Positions 20,218-29,726 of a DNA stretch of 61,196 nucleotides are shown here, in pieces (the first letter of the stretch is position 1; each line of letters opens with the position of its first letter). Below the pieces are notes generated by a model. That model had not been told where the DNA came from, made no database searches, and saw only the letters and a list, made by a program, of their open reading frames with translations. This DNA comes from Simkaniaceae bacterium (lineage in GTDB: Bacteria; Chlamydiota; Chlamydiia; Chlamydiales; Simkaniaceae). The position numbers were made by a program, and so were the translations under genes. The stretch spans positions 1 through 61,196 of the forward strand of contig JBFWSA010000009.1 of the NCBI GenBank assembly GCA_050248615.1, in the 5' to 3' direction.

Positions 20218-21585
20218 TTGTTTGGTGGTATCACAGAAAAATTCCAAAATGTTTTTTCTGCTTTAGCTTCTAAAAAAAAGTTAACAGAAGAAAATATCTC
20301 TGACGCTGTAAGAGAAGTGCGGATAGCCCTTTTGGATGCCGATGTTAACTATACAGTCGCCAAAAACTTCATCAAACGCGTTAAAGATAAATCCTTAGGA
20401 GAAGAAGTCCTTAAGTCCGTTTCGGCAGGGGAACAGTTTACTAAAATCATCCATGACGAACTTAAAGAGCTCATGGGGGGAGAGGAAGCACCCCTTATTA
20501 CCGATCGGCGTCCTGCTGTCATCTTGATGTGTGGACTCCAAGGGTCGGGAAAAACAACCCAATCAGCAAAACTGGCGCACTACCTCAAAAAAGAGAATAA
20601 AAAAGTTTTGATTGCTGCTTGTGATTTGCAGCGTCCGGCTGCCATTGACCAGCTAGAAACGCTGGGGCAGCAAATCGCAGTGCCGATCCATGCCGATCGC
20701 GATCAGAAAAACCCTGTGAAAGTAGCCAAAGCAGCGCACGAACGGGCCAAAAAAGAAGCCTTTGATGTGCTGATTATCGATACCGCTGGGCGTCTTCATA
20801 TTGATGAAGACCTCATGAAAGAACTTGAAAAGATCAAAGAGGCAACAAACCCACATGAAATTCTTTTTGTAGCCAATGCTGCAACAGGACAAGATGCTGT
20901 GAAAACCGCAGCAGAATTTGATGCGCGCGTTGCCATTACAGGAACCATTCTGACTATGCTCGATGGAAATACGCGTGCAGGAGCGGCTATTTCTATCCGC
21001 GAAGTGACCGGAAAGCCTTTAAAGTTCGAAGGGGTAGGTGAGAAGATCACTGACTTTCAGCTTTTTAACCCTGAATCGATGGCTGATCGCATTCTAGGAA
21101 TGGGAGATGTCATTAACTTAGTGAAAAGGGCGCAAGAGCATGCCGATGCAGCGGAGTCGGAAAAACTAGAGAAAAAACTTCGCAAAGCAACCTTTACCTA
21201 CGATGACTTTTTAAAGCAGATGCGCTCGATCAAAAAGATGGGGTCGATCAAGAGTCTTCTCCAAATGTTGCCCGGTTTTTCTGGAATGGGGGACTTAGAA
21301 ATCTCTGATAAAGAGCTCGGCAAGATCGAGGCGATCATTCTCTCCATGAACCCCGATGAAAGATTAGGGTTAGAAGAGCTCATCCCCCCCAGGCGGCGGC
21401 GCATTGCTCTGGGTAGTGGGACCTCGATTGAGGACGTCAATCGGATGATTAAAAGCTTTAAACGGATCAAGCAAATGATGAAAAAAATGCCTGGTATGAC
21501 CAAAAAATTCAAAAATGATCCCGAGCTAAAGAATCAATTAAAAGAAATGGGTGGCCTCAAAGGAAAATTGGGGAACTTTATCTAA
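20218..21585 (+). CDS. ffh: Signal recognition particle protein
   Basis: GLQGSGKTT, DTAGR, RILGMGD and RRRRIALGSG motifs. Confidence 0.97.
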   Translation: MFGGITEKFQNVFSALASKKKLTEENISDAVREVRIALLDADVNYTVAKNFIKRVKDKSLGEEVLKSVSAGEQFTKIIHDELKELMGGEEAPLITDRRPAVILMCGLQGSGKTTQSAKLAHYLKKENKKVLIAACDLQRPAAIDQLETLGQQIAVPIHADRDQKNPVKVAKAAHERAKKEAFDVLIIDTAGRLHIDEDLMKELEKIKEATNPHEILFVANAATGQDAVKTAAEFDARVAITGTILTMLDGNTRAGAAISIREVTGKPLKFEGVGEKITDFQLFNPESMADRILGMGDVINLVKRAQEHADAAESEKLEKKLRKATFTYDDFLKQMRSIKKMGSIKSLLQMLPGFSGMGDLEISDKELGKIEAIILSMNPDERLGLEELIPPRRRRIALGSGTSIEDVNRMIKSFKRIKQMMKKMPGMTKKFKNDPELKNQLKEMGGLKGKLGNFI

Positions 21586-21586
21586 A

Positions 21587-21748
21587 GAACCTATCCCACT
21601 AATCCATTTCCGGTATTTTTTGCCTTTTCTGCCGATTTTTTCATTCATTTTGAGTCCTTGTCTCTTGGATAATGTCCTCAAAATGAATGAAAAAAATCTT
21701 CAAGAAAAATCTAAAAAATCCCCGCAAATGGATTAGTGGGATAGGTTC
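21587..21748. repeat. Palindromic MITE-like element, family C (~162 bp)
   Basis: GAACCTATCCCACTAATCCATTT at the left end has its exact reverse complement at the right end; inner arms TTTTTTCATTCATTTTGAG / CTCAAAATGAATGAAAAAA also pair. Confidence 0.8.
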
Positions 21749-21796
21749 AATCCTAATTAGAATAAATAACTCAAATAGTATCAGTTGCTTACAACA

Positions 21797-21838
21797 TTTT
21801 TGGACAATTTGGAAATCAAAATTCCAATTTGTCCAAAA
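21797..21838. promoter_or_regulatory. Inverted repeat upstream of the AAA gene (operator-like)
   Basis: TTTTGGACAATTTGGAA-ATCAAAA-TTCCAATTTGTCCAAAA, 17-bp arms with one mismatch, ~40 nt before the ATG. Confidence 0.45.
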
Positions 21839-21877
21839 TTTTCAAATAGCATACAATGAGGAAAAAGGGTTGCTCTC

Positions 21878-23041
21878 ATGATACCACGCCTGATTACAAA
21901 GAAAATTTTTGAAATTATTAAGGGATTTCCGATTCTAGTCTTGACAGGACCTAGACAGTCTGGGAAAAGTACCCTTGTAAAAGAGCTCTTTTCTGATGAA
22001 TATGAGTATGTTTCATTAGAAGACTTGGATATGCGTCGATTTGCCCAAGAAGACCCTCGGGGATTTCTTAAGCAATACCGTCAGAAAGTTATTTTCGATG
22101 AAGTGCAAAATGTTCCTGATCTTTTTTCTTATTTGCAAGGAATTGTAGATGAAGACCAAATCCCAGGACAATTCATTTTGACAGGTTCACAACATTTTCT
22201 CCTTTTAGAAAAGATTACCCAGTCCCTTGCAGGACGTGTCGGAATGTTACACCTTCTTCCCTTGAGCTTAGGAGAGTTAGAAGATATTCCGGAGCTGGAA
22301 GTCCTCCTTTATCGGGGCTTATATCCATCACTCTATACACGAGATGTTGAGCCCTATCAATGGTATAGCAATTATATCCAAACGTATGTGGAAAGAGATC
22401 TGCGTGCAATTAAAAATATTCATGATTTGGGGACCTTTCAATTATTTATGAAAATGTGTGCAGCACGTACGGGGCAACTTATTGATTTGACCTCTCTTGG
22501 AAATGATTGTGGGATTTCACACAATACTGCAAAGGGATGGTTAAATGTACTTGAAGCCAGTTTTATCACCTTTCAACTTAGGCCTCACCATAAAAACTAT
22601 AATAAACGCCTTGTAAAATCTCCTAAAATTTATTTTTACGATACGGGACTACTCTGTCACCTGCTCGATATTAAATCTTCTGGTCAGTTATCCACTCACT
22701 ATTTACGGGGAGGGATTTTTGAATCTTTTGTGATCTCGGAGATTCTCAAACTTCATTATAATAATGCACGTCACCCTTCTTTATATTTTTGGAGAGATAA
22801 AGGGGGGCATGAGGTAGATTGTCTGATAGAGGAAGGGATGAACCTCATTCCTATTGAGATTAAATCTGGAAGAACGGTTTCTACAGATTTTTTTGCTGAC
22901 CTCAGTTACTGGAGCAAACTTTCAGGGATTCCTCAAGAAAATACTTTTCTTATTTATGGCGGGGATGAAAGCCAGAAGCGCTCTTATGGTCGTGTATTAA
23001 GCTGGAAGGATTTTCCAAAAACTATTTTACCCCGATTGTGA
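21878..23041 (+). CDS. AAA_14 ATPase with C-terminal DUF4143 domain
   Basis: GPRQSGKS, FDEVQ, LTGS, SLAGR, KSPKIYFYDTGL and EVD...PIEIK motifs. Confidence 0.9.
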   Translation: MIPRLITKKIFEIIKGFPILVLTGPRQSGKSTLVKELFSDEYEYVSLEDLDMRRFAQEDPRGFLKQYRQKVIFDEVQNVPDLFSYLQGIVDEDQIPGQFILTGSQHFLLLEKITQSLAGRVGMLHLLPLSLGELEDIPELEVLLYRGLYPSLYTRDVEPYQWYSNYIQTYVERDLRAIKNIHDLGTFQLFMKMCAARTGQLIDLTSLGNDCGISHNTAKGWLNVLEASFITFQLRPHHKNYNKRLVKSPKIYFYDTGLLCHLLDIKSSGQLSTHYLRGGIFESFVISEILKLHYNNARHPSLYFWRDKGGHEVDCLIEEGMNLIPIEIKSGRTVSTDFFADLSYWSKLSGIPQENTFLIYGGDESQKRSYGRVLSWKDFPKTILPRL

Positions 23042-23489
23042 TGTGGTAGGGGAAGGGGGGCGGGGGGAGTCCATACTTTTTTCTAATAGCATCTAACAAG
23101 GAACAGTCGACGCGGAGAATATAGACCTTTTCAAAAGCATTCCAATGGGGGGGATGGACCACTTCACAGTCAATGACTTCGAAAGGAATCGTGCTTCCGA
23201 TCTCTTCAATGATTATTTTGGACAATTCTCCCGCTTTGATCACTGTAATATGAGCCCCAACGAGGTTATTGCCGAAATAGGGGGGGAGGCTATACCCCTC
23301 GTTTTGAATAAATGGATGCAGTGCATAGAGATAGTCATCGCTTACTTTTACGTAGACAAAACCGTTTTCTTCTTGGTCCAGTGTCCCTTTCAGGGGTAAA
23401 TTTTGGTTAATATAACTTTTAATATCAGTGCAGTTTGATGCGTAAAAGGGTGAAGAGAGAGAGAGATAAATGAATAGAAAACGAAACAT
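23022..23489 (-). CDS. 2H phosphoesterase family protein with signal peptide
   Basis: Two HxT motifs (AHITV, YHITIG); hydrophobic N-terminus. Confidence 0.7.
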   Translation of the reverse strand: MFRFLFIYLSLSSPFYASNCTDIKSYINQNLPLKGTLDQEENGFVYVKVSDDYLYALHPFIQNEGYSLPPYFGNNLVGAHITVIKAGELSKIIIEEIGSTIPFEVIDCEVVHPPHWNAFEKVYILRVDCSLLDAIRKKYGLPPPPFPYHITIGVK

Positions 23490-23584
23490 ACCTAGAGATT
23501 GTAGGGAAAAAGAGATTTTTTAATACCAATTTTTCTCTCGATTATTTACAATGTTGCATTCGAAATGAATTGGAGTGAATGTAC

Positions 23585-23902
23585 ATGGCATTAAAGATCC
23601 GACTTAGACAACAAGGAAGAACCAATCGATTGACCTATCGCCTTGTGGTTGCTGACTCAAGATTACCCCGTGATGGGAAGTATTTAGAAAAGTTAGGCCA
23701 CTATGACCCTCATTTGGAAGACGATGCAACGGTTGTTGAAGATAGAGTTCAGTATTGGATAGAGCAAGGGGCAGAACTGAGCGAAAAAGCGCGCTCTCTG
23801 ATTGCTCGAAAGGCACCTGGAGTGATGAAAATCTTCCGTGATCGTGAAGAAGAGAAGAAAAAGAAACGGGCTGAGAAGCGTAAAAACGCAAAGAAAAAGT
23901 AA
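23585..23902 (+). CDS. rpsP: 30S ribosomal protein S16
   Basis: LKIRLRQQG and YRLVVADSR.PRDGK motifs. Confidence 0.96.
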   Translation: MALKIRLRQQGRTNRLTYRLVVADSRLPRDGKYLEKLGHYDPHLEDDATVVEDRVQYWIEQGAELSEKARSLIARKAPGVMKIFRDREEEKKKKRAEKRKNAKKK

Positions 23903-24579
23903 TGCGTTTTGATATCCTCTCCCTTTTTCCCGACTATTTTAAGGGGCCTTTTGATGTGAGTATGATCAAACGGGCTAAAGAAAAGGGTCTCCTTGAGATT
24001 AACTTAGTCAATATTCGGGATTTTGCAGAGGGGAGGCATCAGCAAGTGGATGATCGTCCGTATGGTGGTGGACCTGGAATGGTTTTAATGGCCGAGCCAG
24101 TAGCTAGAGCGATACGGAGTTGTAAAAGTGAAAGATCCCATGTGATCTACCTGACTCCTCAAGGAAAGCCCCTTACAGCGAAAAGATGTGCGGAGCTTTC
24201 AGAAAAACCCCACCTAGTCATCCTTTGTGGGCACTATGAGGGAGTCGATGAGCGTGTGATTGAAAACGCCGTCGATGAGGAGATCAGCATTGGAGACTAT
24301 GTATTAACAAGTGGGGCACCTGCTGCCATTGTTTTAGTCGATAGTGTCTCCCGGTTTATTCCAGGGGTCATTGGAAACGAAGAAGCACCGCGGCAAGACT
24401 CCTTTGAAAATGGGATGTTTGATGCGCCTGTTTATACAAGGCCACCCATTTTTGAAGAGAAAGATGTTCCCGCTGTTCTCCGCCAAGGCAACCATGCAGA
24501 AATTGAAGCCTGGCGCAAGAACCAAGCAAAAGTGAAAACGAAGAAAGTTCGCCCAGAACTATTAAAGCAGGAGACGTAA
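23902..24579 (+). CDS. trmD: tRNA (guanine-N1)-methyltransferase
   Basis: DDRPYGGGPGM, CGHYEGVDER and SIGDYVL motifs. Confidence 0.97.
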   Translation: MRFDILSLFPDYFKGPFDVSMIKRAKEKGLLEINLVNIRDFAEGRHQQVDDRPYGGGPGMVLMAEPVARAIRSCKSERSHVIYLTPQGKPLTAKRCAELSEKPHLVILCGHYEGVDERVIENAVDEEISIGDYVLTSGAPAAIVLVDSVSRFIPGVIGNEEAPRQDSFENGMFDAPVYTRPPIFEEKDVPAVLRQGNHAEIEAWRKNQAKVKTKKVRPELLKQET

Positions 24580-24582
24580 GCC

Positions 24583-25038
24583 ATGAGTCGCGATGCGCTA
24601 CTCGAAGAAATTGAAAGCAAGCAACTGAAAACCGATATTCCCGCGTTCAAAGTTGGCGATACCATAAAAGTTCATATCCGCATTATTGAAGGAGATAAAG
24701 AGAGAACACAAATCTTTACGGGCACTGTCATTGCCCGAAAAGGGAGTGGACTTTCTGAGACTTTTTCTATGTATCGTGTGGCTTATGGGGCAGGAATGGA
24801 GCGTGTTTTTTCTCTCAATAGTCCACGGATTGCCAAGATTGAAGTCGTGCGCCAAGGAAAGGTGCGTCGTGCAAAACTGTATTATCTCAGAGGATCTTCT
24901 GGAAAAGCTTCAAAGGTCAAAGAGAAGATCGGTAAGAAAAAAGAGGCACTCTTGCAAGAAGACTTTACTTCTGAACCCGTGAGTCCAGACGAGAACACTC
25001 CACCAGAGACTGAAAGCGAAGCCCCTCCAAAAGAATAA
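24583..25038 (+). CDS. rplS: 50S ribosomal protein L19
   Basis: FKVGDTIKV and [12 protein letters not shown] motifs; acidic C-terminal tail. Confidence 0.97.
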   Translation: MSRDALLEEIESKQLKTDIPAFKVGDTIKVHIRIIEGDKERTQIFTGTVIARKGSGLSETFSMYRVAYGAGMERVFSLNSPRIAKIEVVRQGKVRRAKLYYLRGSSGKASKVKEKIGKKKEALLQEDFTSEPVSPDENTPPETESEAPPKE

Positions 25039-25047
25039 AGGGCTTTC

Positions 25048-25689
25048 ATGGAAGAATCTAAAACCCACTTTGAAGACAGAGCTTTCGAGAAGGGGCACCG
25101 TCTCATTGCAGGGGTGGATGAAGCGGGCCGAGGCCCCTTAGCGGGCCCTGTTGTTGCAGCGGCTTGTATTTTGCCTCGCGGTTTGATTATCGAACGTGTG
25201 GATGATAGCAAAAAATTGCTTCCTGAAGAGCGTGAGGAGCTTTTTGATATCCTTACACACCATTCTGATATCATTTATGGGATTGGCATTGTAGAGAGTG
25301 AGCTCATCGATGAGATGAATATTTTGCAGGCTTCTCTTTATGCCATGAAGCTTGCTATCCAAAACCTTTCTAGCTCTCCTGACTACCTTCTGATCGATGG
25401 CAATCATCTTCCGCCGACGCATATCGCCTCAAAAGCTGTGATTAAAGGGGATAGTCGATCTCAGTCGATAGGAGCAGCCTCTATCCTAGCCAAATGTACG
25501 CGAGATGCCTTGATGGTTAAACTGCATGAAGAGTGGCCCCAGTATGGTTTTAATAAGCATAAAGGGTATGGAACAAAAATGCATGTTGAGGCTCTTAAAA
25601 TGCATGGTCCTTGCCCCATTCATCGCCGTTCTTTTGAGCCTGTCAAGTCCTTGACAGCTGGGGAATTTTCCGGTATAAACTCCCCATAA
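25048..25689 (+). CDS. rnhB: Ribonuclease HII
   Basis: GVDEAGRGPLAGP, DSKKL, AASILAK and HKGYGT motifs. Confidence 0.97.
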   Translation: MEESKTHFEDRAFEKGHRLIAGVDEAGRGPLAGPVVAAACILPRGLIIERVDDSKKLLPEEREELFDILTHHSDIIYGIGIVESELIDEMNILQASLYAMKLAIQNLSSSPDYLLIDGNHLPPTHIASKAVIKGDSRSQSIGAASILAKCTRDALMVKLHEEWPQYGFNKHKGYGTKMHVEALKMHGPCPIHRRSFEPVKSLTAGEFSGINSP

Positions 25690-25706
25690 CTCATGTAGGT
25701 GTACGT

Positions 25707-26588
25707 ATGGCGCGAAGTATGACAGCTTATGGGAGGGCCCATGCTGAAACCGATGCGGGTCTCTTCCTTATTGAAATTCATTCTGTCAATCGAAAAAGCT
25801 TAGATTTTAATTTAAATCTTCCCAAAGAGCTTTTACAATTTGACATGGCGCTGCGGCAACGATTGGGGGAAGAGATTAGACGCGGGTTTGTGACGGTTCG
25901 GGTAACGAAGGAAGATGCTAAAATTTCTTCTCTGATGATGCCCAATCAAGAGACGTTAAGGGCACTCTATGCAAACTGGCAAAAATGTGCTCAGGATCTA
26001 GGCTATGATCCTCAGGAAGCTGTTCCCTTTAACTTTCTCCTGACCTATGCTTTATCATCCCTTCCTGCAGTAGACTGGATTGGAGAATCGTTTAAAGAGC
26101 AGTTTGATAAAGGGTTTGAAAAGGCTTTAGAGGCCTTTTTAATGATGAAGGAGAAGGAAGGAGAAGCTTTAATTCAAGATATTTATCCTCGGCTAGAGGA
26201 GATTGAAAAAACTTTAGAAAAAGTGGAAAAACTTACAAAACACGCTCCAGAGCGCTTCCATGATAGGTTAAAAAAGCGTTTGCAAGAACTGAAGTTAGTG
26301 AAAGAAGAGGATGAAGAGCGTCTCTCGCGAGAGCTTGTTATCTTTGCTGATAAAGTGGATGTTACCGAAGAACTCACTCGTCTCCGCTCTCATGTGAAGC
26401 AATTTCGGGACATGGTGGGGCAACACAAGAGACGTATTGGAAGAGAGCTCGATTTTCTCATTCAAGAGATGAATCGAGAGGTAAATACGATTGCTGCTAA
26501 GTCGCAAGAACTAGAAATTACGCAAGCCACTTTATTCATCAAAAGTGAACAAGAAAAAATTCGGGAGCAACTGCAGAATATCGAATGA
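25707..26588 (+). CDS. yicC: YicC/YloC family endoribonuclease
   Basis: SMTAYGR, SVN, DVTEELTRL and GRELDFLIQEMNREVNT motifs; precedes gmk. Confidence 0.92.
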   Translation: MARSMTAYGRAHAETDAGLFLIEIHSVNRKSLDFNLNLPKELLQFDMALRQRLGEEIRRGFVTVRVTKEDAKISSLMMPNQETLRALYANWQKCAQDLGYDPQEAVPFNFLLTYALSSLPAVDWIGESFKEQFDKGFEKALEAFLMMKEKEGEALIQDIYPRLEEIEKTLEKVEKLTKHAPERFHDRLKKRLQELKLVKEEDEERLSRELVIFADKVDVTEELTRLRSHVKQFRDMVGQHKRRIGRELDFLIQEMNREVNTIAAKSQELEITQATLFIKSEQEKIREQLQNIE

Positions 26589-27175
26589 CGAAGCTTTTGG
26601 GAAACTTAAGTAAGGGAAAAATCCTCATTGTGAGTGCCCCAGCTGGCACGGGAAAAACAACACTGGTTCGTCGCTTGATGGATGAGTTTCCTGACTTTGT
26701 GGTACAGAGTATTTCCTGTACGACACGCCCTCCTCGAGAAGGGGAAATTGATGGGAAAGATTATGTTTTTCTAACGGAGAAGGCTTTTGAAAAGCGTAAG
26801 GCTTCTGGGGATTTTTTGGAGTATGCGACTGTATTTAATTACCAGTACGGGACATTGAAAGAGCGGGTAGAAGAGCAACGCTCAATGGGGAAACATGTTG
26901 CACTTGTGATTGATACCCAAGGAGCTTTAAAACTCCAAAAGGAGGTTCAAGATGCCCTTTACATTTTTATTAAACCTCCTGCGATTGAGGTGCTCAAAGA
27001 GCGTATGGAAAACCGCAAAACAGAGACCCAAGAGGTCATGCAGCAAAGACTGGAATGGGCTCAACATGAGCTTAAGCAGGCTAAATATTACGATTATCAA
27101 ATTGTCAATGATGACTTGGAAACGGCGTACCAAGTTCTCCGCAGTATCGTGATCGCCGAAGAACACAAAATATGA
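26585..27175 (+). CDS. gmk: Guanylate kinase
   Basis: SAPAGTGKTT and TTRPPREGEIDGKDY motifs. Confidence 0.96.
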   Translation: MTKLLGNLSKGKILIVSAPAGTGKTTLVRRLMDEFPDFVVQSISCTTRPPREGEIDGKDYVFLTEKAFEKRKASGDFLEYATVFNYQYGTLKERVEEQRSMGKHVALVIDTQGALKLQKEVQDALYIFIKPPAIEVLKERMENRKTETQEVMQQRLEWAQHELKQAKYYDYQIVNDDLETAYQVLRSIVIAEEHKI

Positions 27176-27182
27176 GGATATT

Positions 27183-27374
27183 ATGGCACAAGATGAATTG
27201 ACCAAAGAAGCTTATACAGGGCTTTTTTCTGATAACTTTCAACTGACGAATTATGCGATTAAGGTGGCTCAAAAACAAATCCAATCGGGAAATGATGAGC
27301 TTAATGTTACGCATATGCTTAAGGAAATCCGCAGAAACCCTCCGAAGCTTAAGGACATCCAAGAAGAAGAATGA
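27183..27374 (+). CDS. Probable chlamydial RNA polymerase omega-like subunit
   Basis: Small ORF between gmk and metG, the syntenic position of omega; FQLTNYAIKVA motif; GAGG RBS. Confidence 0.6.
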   Translation: MAQDELTKEAYTGLFSDNFQLTNYAIKVAQKQIQSGNDELNVTHMLKEIRRNPPKLKDIQEEE

Positions 27375-29407
27375 AAGTTCTGATTACAGCAGCTCTTCCT
27401 TATGCAAATGGCCCCCTCCATTTTGGACATATTGCGGGGGCTTATTTGCCTGCGGACTGTTATGCTCGGTTTCAACGACTTCTGGGAAGCGATGTTCTCT
27501 ATATTTGTGGATCAGATGAACATGGAGTGGCCATCACGCTCAGTGCTGAGATGGCAGGGCGTACACCCAAAGAGCACGTGGATCATTTCCACAAAGTGCT
27601 CCAAGACTTTTTTGAGAAAATGGAGATCCGCTTTGATCACTACTCTCGAACGACTTGGGAAGGGCATGTAAAACCGACCCAAGAGTACTTTAACGATCTT
27701 TTGAAGAATGGTTTTATTGAAGAAAAAGTCACTGATCAACTCTATTCCGAAAAAGATGGGCGTTTTTTAGCCGACCGTTACGTGATGGGAACTTGCCCAA
27801 AATGTGGCTACGCAGAAGCTAGGGGGGATGAGTGCCCCAAGTGTGGAGCCAGTTACGAAGCAACCGATTTAATAAACCCCCAATCCAAACTGACAGGTGC
27901 TCCCCTTGCACTTAAAGCCACCAAACACTGGTTTCTCCGTTTTGATCTTTTTAAAGAGCAACTCTCTACCTGGATCAAAACAAAACACTGGAAGCCGAAT
28001 GTGATGCGTTTTGCTCAAAACTACATCGATGACTTGAAGCCGCGTGCGATCACTCGGGATTCCGATTGGGGCATTCCTGTTCCCTTAAAAGAAGCGGAAG
28101 GGAAGGTCCTGTATGTTTGGTTTGATGCCCCTATTGGATATATCTCCGCCACGAAAGAGTGGGCCTTAAAGCAAAAGAACCCCGATGCCTGGAAAGGGTA
28201 CTGGTGTGATCCAGAAACCAAGCTTGTGAACTTTATTGGGAAAGATAATATCCCGTTCCATGCGATCTTTTTCCCTGCGATGACAATGGGACAAGATCAG
28301 CCCTATAAAATCGTAGATGAACTGCCTGCCAATGAGTTCTATAATTTAGAAGGGAAACAGTTTAGTAAATCTGCAGGATGGTATATCGATCTCGAAGAGT
28401 TTTTTCAGAAATTTACAGCCGATCAAATCCGCTATGCGATTGCTGCCAATGCTCCAGAAACCCAAGATAGCGAGTTTTCTTGGAAGGACTTCCAACTTCG
28501 CTGTAATTCTGAGCTTTTGGGGAAATATGGGAATCTCGTCAATCGCGTCTTAGTCTTTGCAAAGAATCAGTGTGGATCTCAGGTCCCCCCTTACGGGGAT
28601 CTTGAAAGAGAAGATACCCTCTTTATGGAGAAAATGGATGAGATTGTGAGCGCCATTCATCAAGCCTACACAAACTTTCATTTGCGGAAAGCATCCCAAC
28701 TGATTATGGAGCTTGCACAGGTGGGAAATGCCTACTTTGATAGTAAAAAACCGTGGAAAGCAGCCAAGGATCTTGACCTAGTCCCCAGCATGCGCACAAC
28801 GATTGCTTGTTGCTTGCGATGTTTACAGTATTTAGCCCTCATTTCTTATCCTATTATTCCCAGAAGTGCTGAAAAAGTTTGGACTCTTTTAGGTTTTTCA
28901 ACGCCCCTTGCCGAGCACAATTGGAATGCCATTTTAGAAGGGGGATTTACCCCTAATCAACAACTTCTTCAACCTGAAATCCTCTTTACCAAAGTGGAGG
29001 ATGCTGTGATTGAAGAAGAGCTAAGTGCCCTTGCAAAGCGGGCAGCTCCCAGCGTGGAGAAAAGGGGTGATTTTATCCCTCTTAAAAACCCGATCGATTT
29101 TGATGCCTTTCAGAAGGTAGATCTTAGAGTTGCACAAATCGTGAAAGTGGAAAAAGTTCCCAAAAGCAAAAAGCTTTATAAAATCGAGCTAGACTTGGGA
29201 TTTGAACACCGGACTGTAGTCTCAGGGATTGCAGAACATTATCCTGAAGCTGAGAGTCTTCTAAAGAGAAAAGTCATTATTGTTGCGAATTTAAAGCCTG
29301 CAAAACTGATGGGTGTGGAAAGTCAGGGGATGATCCTGGCTGCTGGAGGAAAAATCTTAGAACTCCCAGAAATACGGGAGGCTCCTTTAGGGAGCCCCGT
29401 CTCATAG
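27371..29407 (+). CDS. metG: Methionine--tRNA ligase
   Basis: PYANGPLHFGH, zinc knuckle, FSKS and C-terminal tRNA-binding domain (ANLKPAKLMGVESQGM). Confidence 0.97.
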   Translation: MKVLITAALPYANGPLHFGHIAGAYLPADCYARFQRLLGSDVLYICGSDEHGVAITLSAEMAGRTPKEHVDHFHKVLQDFFEKMEIRFDHYSRTTWEGHVKPTQEYFNDLLKNGFIEEKVTDQLYSEKDGRFLADRYVMGTCPKCGYAEARGDECPKCGASYEATDLINPQSKLTGAPLALKATKHWFLRFDLFKEQLSTWIKTKHWKPNVMRFAQNYIDDLKPRAITRDSDWGIPVPLKEAEGKVLYVWFDAPIGYISATKEWALKQKNPDAWKGYWCDPETKLVNFIGKDNIPFHAIFFPAMTMGQDQPYKIVDELPANEFYNLEGKQFSKSAGWYIDLEEFFQKFTADQIRYAIAANAPETQDSEFSWKDFQLRCNSELLGKYGNLVNRVLVFAKNQCGSQVPPYGDLEREDTLFMEKMDEIVSAIHQAYTNFHLRKASQLIMELAQVGNAYFDSKKPWKAAKDLDLVPSMRTTIACCLRCLQYLALISYPIIPRSAEKVWTLLGFSTPLAEHNWNAILEGGFTPNQQLLQPEILFTKVEDAVIEEELSALAKRAAPSVEKRGDFIPLKNPIDFDAFQKVDLRVAQIVKVEKVPKSKKLYKIELDLGFEHRTVVSGIAEHYPEAESLLKRKVIIVANLKPAKLMGVESQGMILAAGGKILELPEIREAPLGSPVS

Positions 29408-29434
29408 GCACTTAAACGACTCATAAAGAGTTGT

Positions 29435-29542
29435 TTAGATATGCATTAATCCTTTCACTGACTTAATGGCGCGCTGCAGTCTAGTCTTACGACGAAACTT
29501 TTTTAAGACCTTGCGCATCAGTTTTTTACTTTTCTTTTTCAT
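29435..29542 (-). CDS. 35-aa highly basic small protein (not in the ORF track)
   Basis: MKKKSKKLMRKVLKKFRRKTRLQRAIKSVKGLMHI; GAGGAG RBS and a TTGCAA-17-TAGAAT promoter upstream. Confidence 0.7.
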   Translation of the reverse strand: MKKKSKKLMRKVLKKFRRKTRLQRAIKSVKGLMHI

Positions 29543-29606
29543 GATTTTGCTCCTCTTTATGGGCTATTTTATTGTTTTGTCCCTCTCGCCATAGTGCCCT
29601 ATATGT

Positions 29607-29635
29607 ATTCTATCAACTTTCTATTTTAATTGCAA
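29607..29635 (-). promoter_or_regulatory. Putative sigma66/70 promoter for the small basic ORF
   Basis: TTGCAA (29635-29630), 17-nt spacer, TAGAAT (29612-29607). Confidence 0.6.
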
Positions 29636-29726
29636 GTATCTTTTATCTAACTAATTAATAATTAGATATTTAAATATTTATTAATCTTAATAAAATCTTT
29701 AAATTAACCCGAATTGTTGCCTAGTG

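Noticed and set aside
21551..21881. Short ORFs 21551-21736 and 21687-21881
   Set aside because: They run through the family-C palindrome and the operator-like IR, with no RBS or recognisable protein content; probably spurious.
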